A model generated the notes under the pieces. The model worked only from the letters and a program-made list of their open reading frames with translations, had not been told where the DNA came from and did no database searches. DNA of 64,000 nt from Macrostomum lignano (lineage: Eukaryota), in contig NIVC01002130.1 in assembly GCA_002269645.1 (NCBI GenBank), positions 10,038 through 74,037 on the forward strand. Direction: 5' to 3'. Position 1 is the stretch's first letter; each line of letters begins with the position of its first letter. Positions 62,734 through 64,000 of this stretch are shown here, one piece after another. A program made the position numbers and the translations under genes.

Positions 62734-64000
62734 TCAAATATTTACGGCATTATTTGTGAGAGTCGACATCGGCATCTGTACGATGGCGACTATTAGGATG
62801 GCCAGAAAGGCCACCGCCAGCAGAGCCGCTATGATGTACCATTTGTACTTTGGCCAGAAAATGGTTCGAAACGCGGCCAAAGCGCTGGACCAGAAGCTGT
62901 TGCTGATTGTTAGCCTGCTCGGCGGCGGCAGGTACGGATGCTGGTTGGGTTCACCTCGGCCCAGGCCGGCCGGCTTCAGCTCGGCTTCCTCTCGCGACAG
63001 AATCTCAAGCTCCATTAGGGCCTTGCCAACCATCCAGGCACCGGACTTGCTTTCCAGGGCCTCCATAGACTTGCAGGCGCTCAGCGGCCAGTAGCCATAG
63101 ACCCGCTGCACTTCGAACAGATTGACGGAGGGCGTCGGGACTGCGACAGCGGAATTCAAGACGGTTGACCGGTTGGACACGATGGACCGGGCGCCGGGCA
63201 TGTCATTGACAGAGCCATCTGCCATCGCTGGCGCAGCTGGCATTCGTCTTTGTGCCGCGCCGGCTGCAGCAGCTTGGCGAGGTCCAGCTCGACGCTGCCG
63301 ATAAAGTCGTCGAAACGGAAGCGTCGGTTGTCCCAAACCTGATCAGTTTTAAGTTTCATTTGATGGGATTCCGTTTCGGGTTAAGACTGCACGGGTAGCT
63401 TCTGCCCCTCCGACTTGACTTTCATCCCTCCGACTTGTCCTCATCTCTCCAACTTGTCTTTTATCCCTCCGACTTGCCTGTCATCCTCCGACTTGACTTT
63501 CATCCCTCCGACTTGACTTTCATCCCTCCGACTTGTCTTTCATCCCTCCGACTTGCCTGTCATCCCTCCGACTTGACTTTCATCCCTCCGACTTGTCTTT
63601 CATCCCTCCGACTTGCCTGTCATCCCTCCGACTTGTCTTTCATCCCTCCGACTTGTCTTTTATCCCTCCGACTTGTCTGTCATCCCTCCGACTTGTCTTT
63701 TATCCCTCCGACTTGTCTTTTATCCCTCCGACTTGTCTGTCATCCCTCCGACTTGTCTGTCATCCCTCCAACTTGTCTTTTATCCCTCCGACTTGTCCCT
63801 CATTCCTCTGATTTTTCCTGTTTGGAGCATTCAACAAACCGTGTCAGTTTTTTAGTTCTATCACTTTAGGCTCACCTGGATGTGCAGCATCGGGGGGATC
63901 TTGGTGAGCACACGGGTGAACAGGCTGACCTTCTGCTTGCCGCAGATGGTTCTCTCATGCGGCAGATAGTCCAGCTGGAACACGAATCGCCAGTTGAACT
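62734..64000 (-). CDS. Ferlin family protein, 3' end (last C2 domain and C-terminal TM anchor); gene continues beyond the window
   Basis: Exon 64000-63876 reads FNWRFVFQLDYLPHE...KIPPMLHIQ. Exon 63338-62734 reads VWDN..F.FDDFIGSVELDL...RVYGYWP...GKALMELEIL..EEAELKPAGLGRGEPN..PYLP.P.R, then TM WYIIAALLAVAFLAILIVAIV. One apparent frameshift near 63239. Confidence 0.92.
63405..63800. repeat. About 21 bp intronic minisatellite (CATCCCTCCGACTTGTCTTT variants)
   Basis: Direct inspection. Confidence 0.95.

Overview
Repeat-rich animal genomic DNA with spliceosomal introns, not prokaryotic. The GC-rich, Q/A/S-rich exons and dense minisatellites suggest an invertebrate, possibly a free-living flatworm such as Macrostomum; that assignment is inference only. 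Seven protein genes could be built by hand from splice signals and reading phase: an unnamed signal-peptide/mucin-stalk/single-TM protein (-), a peptide-receptor-like class A GPCR (+), an intronless PDE9-like phosphodiesterase (+), a Q-rich RRM protein (+), cytoplasmic asparaginyl-tRNA synthetase (+), a BHLHE22/Oli-type bHLH factor (-) and the 3' end of a ferlin (-). Most long ORFs in the supplied track are artefacts of tandem repeats. The most unusual regions are: (i) a mobile-DNA nest at 9.4-15.5 kb, with a truncated Crypton-like tyrosine-recombinase ORF, hairpins, a MITE and a 2.66 kb foldback-type inverted repeat built from 151 bp modules; (ii) a 6.3 kb block at 41.2-47.5 kb with almost no CpG, carrying two hAT-type MITEs; (iii) a recurring palindromic motif CGATATGTATCG scattered and amplified across 52-60 kb; (iv) a 64 bp tandem array of tRNA-like B-box units and a tRNA-derived SINE family. 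All counts and alignments were made by eye and no database search was run.
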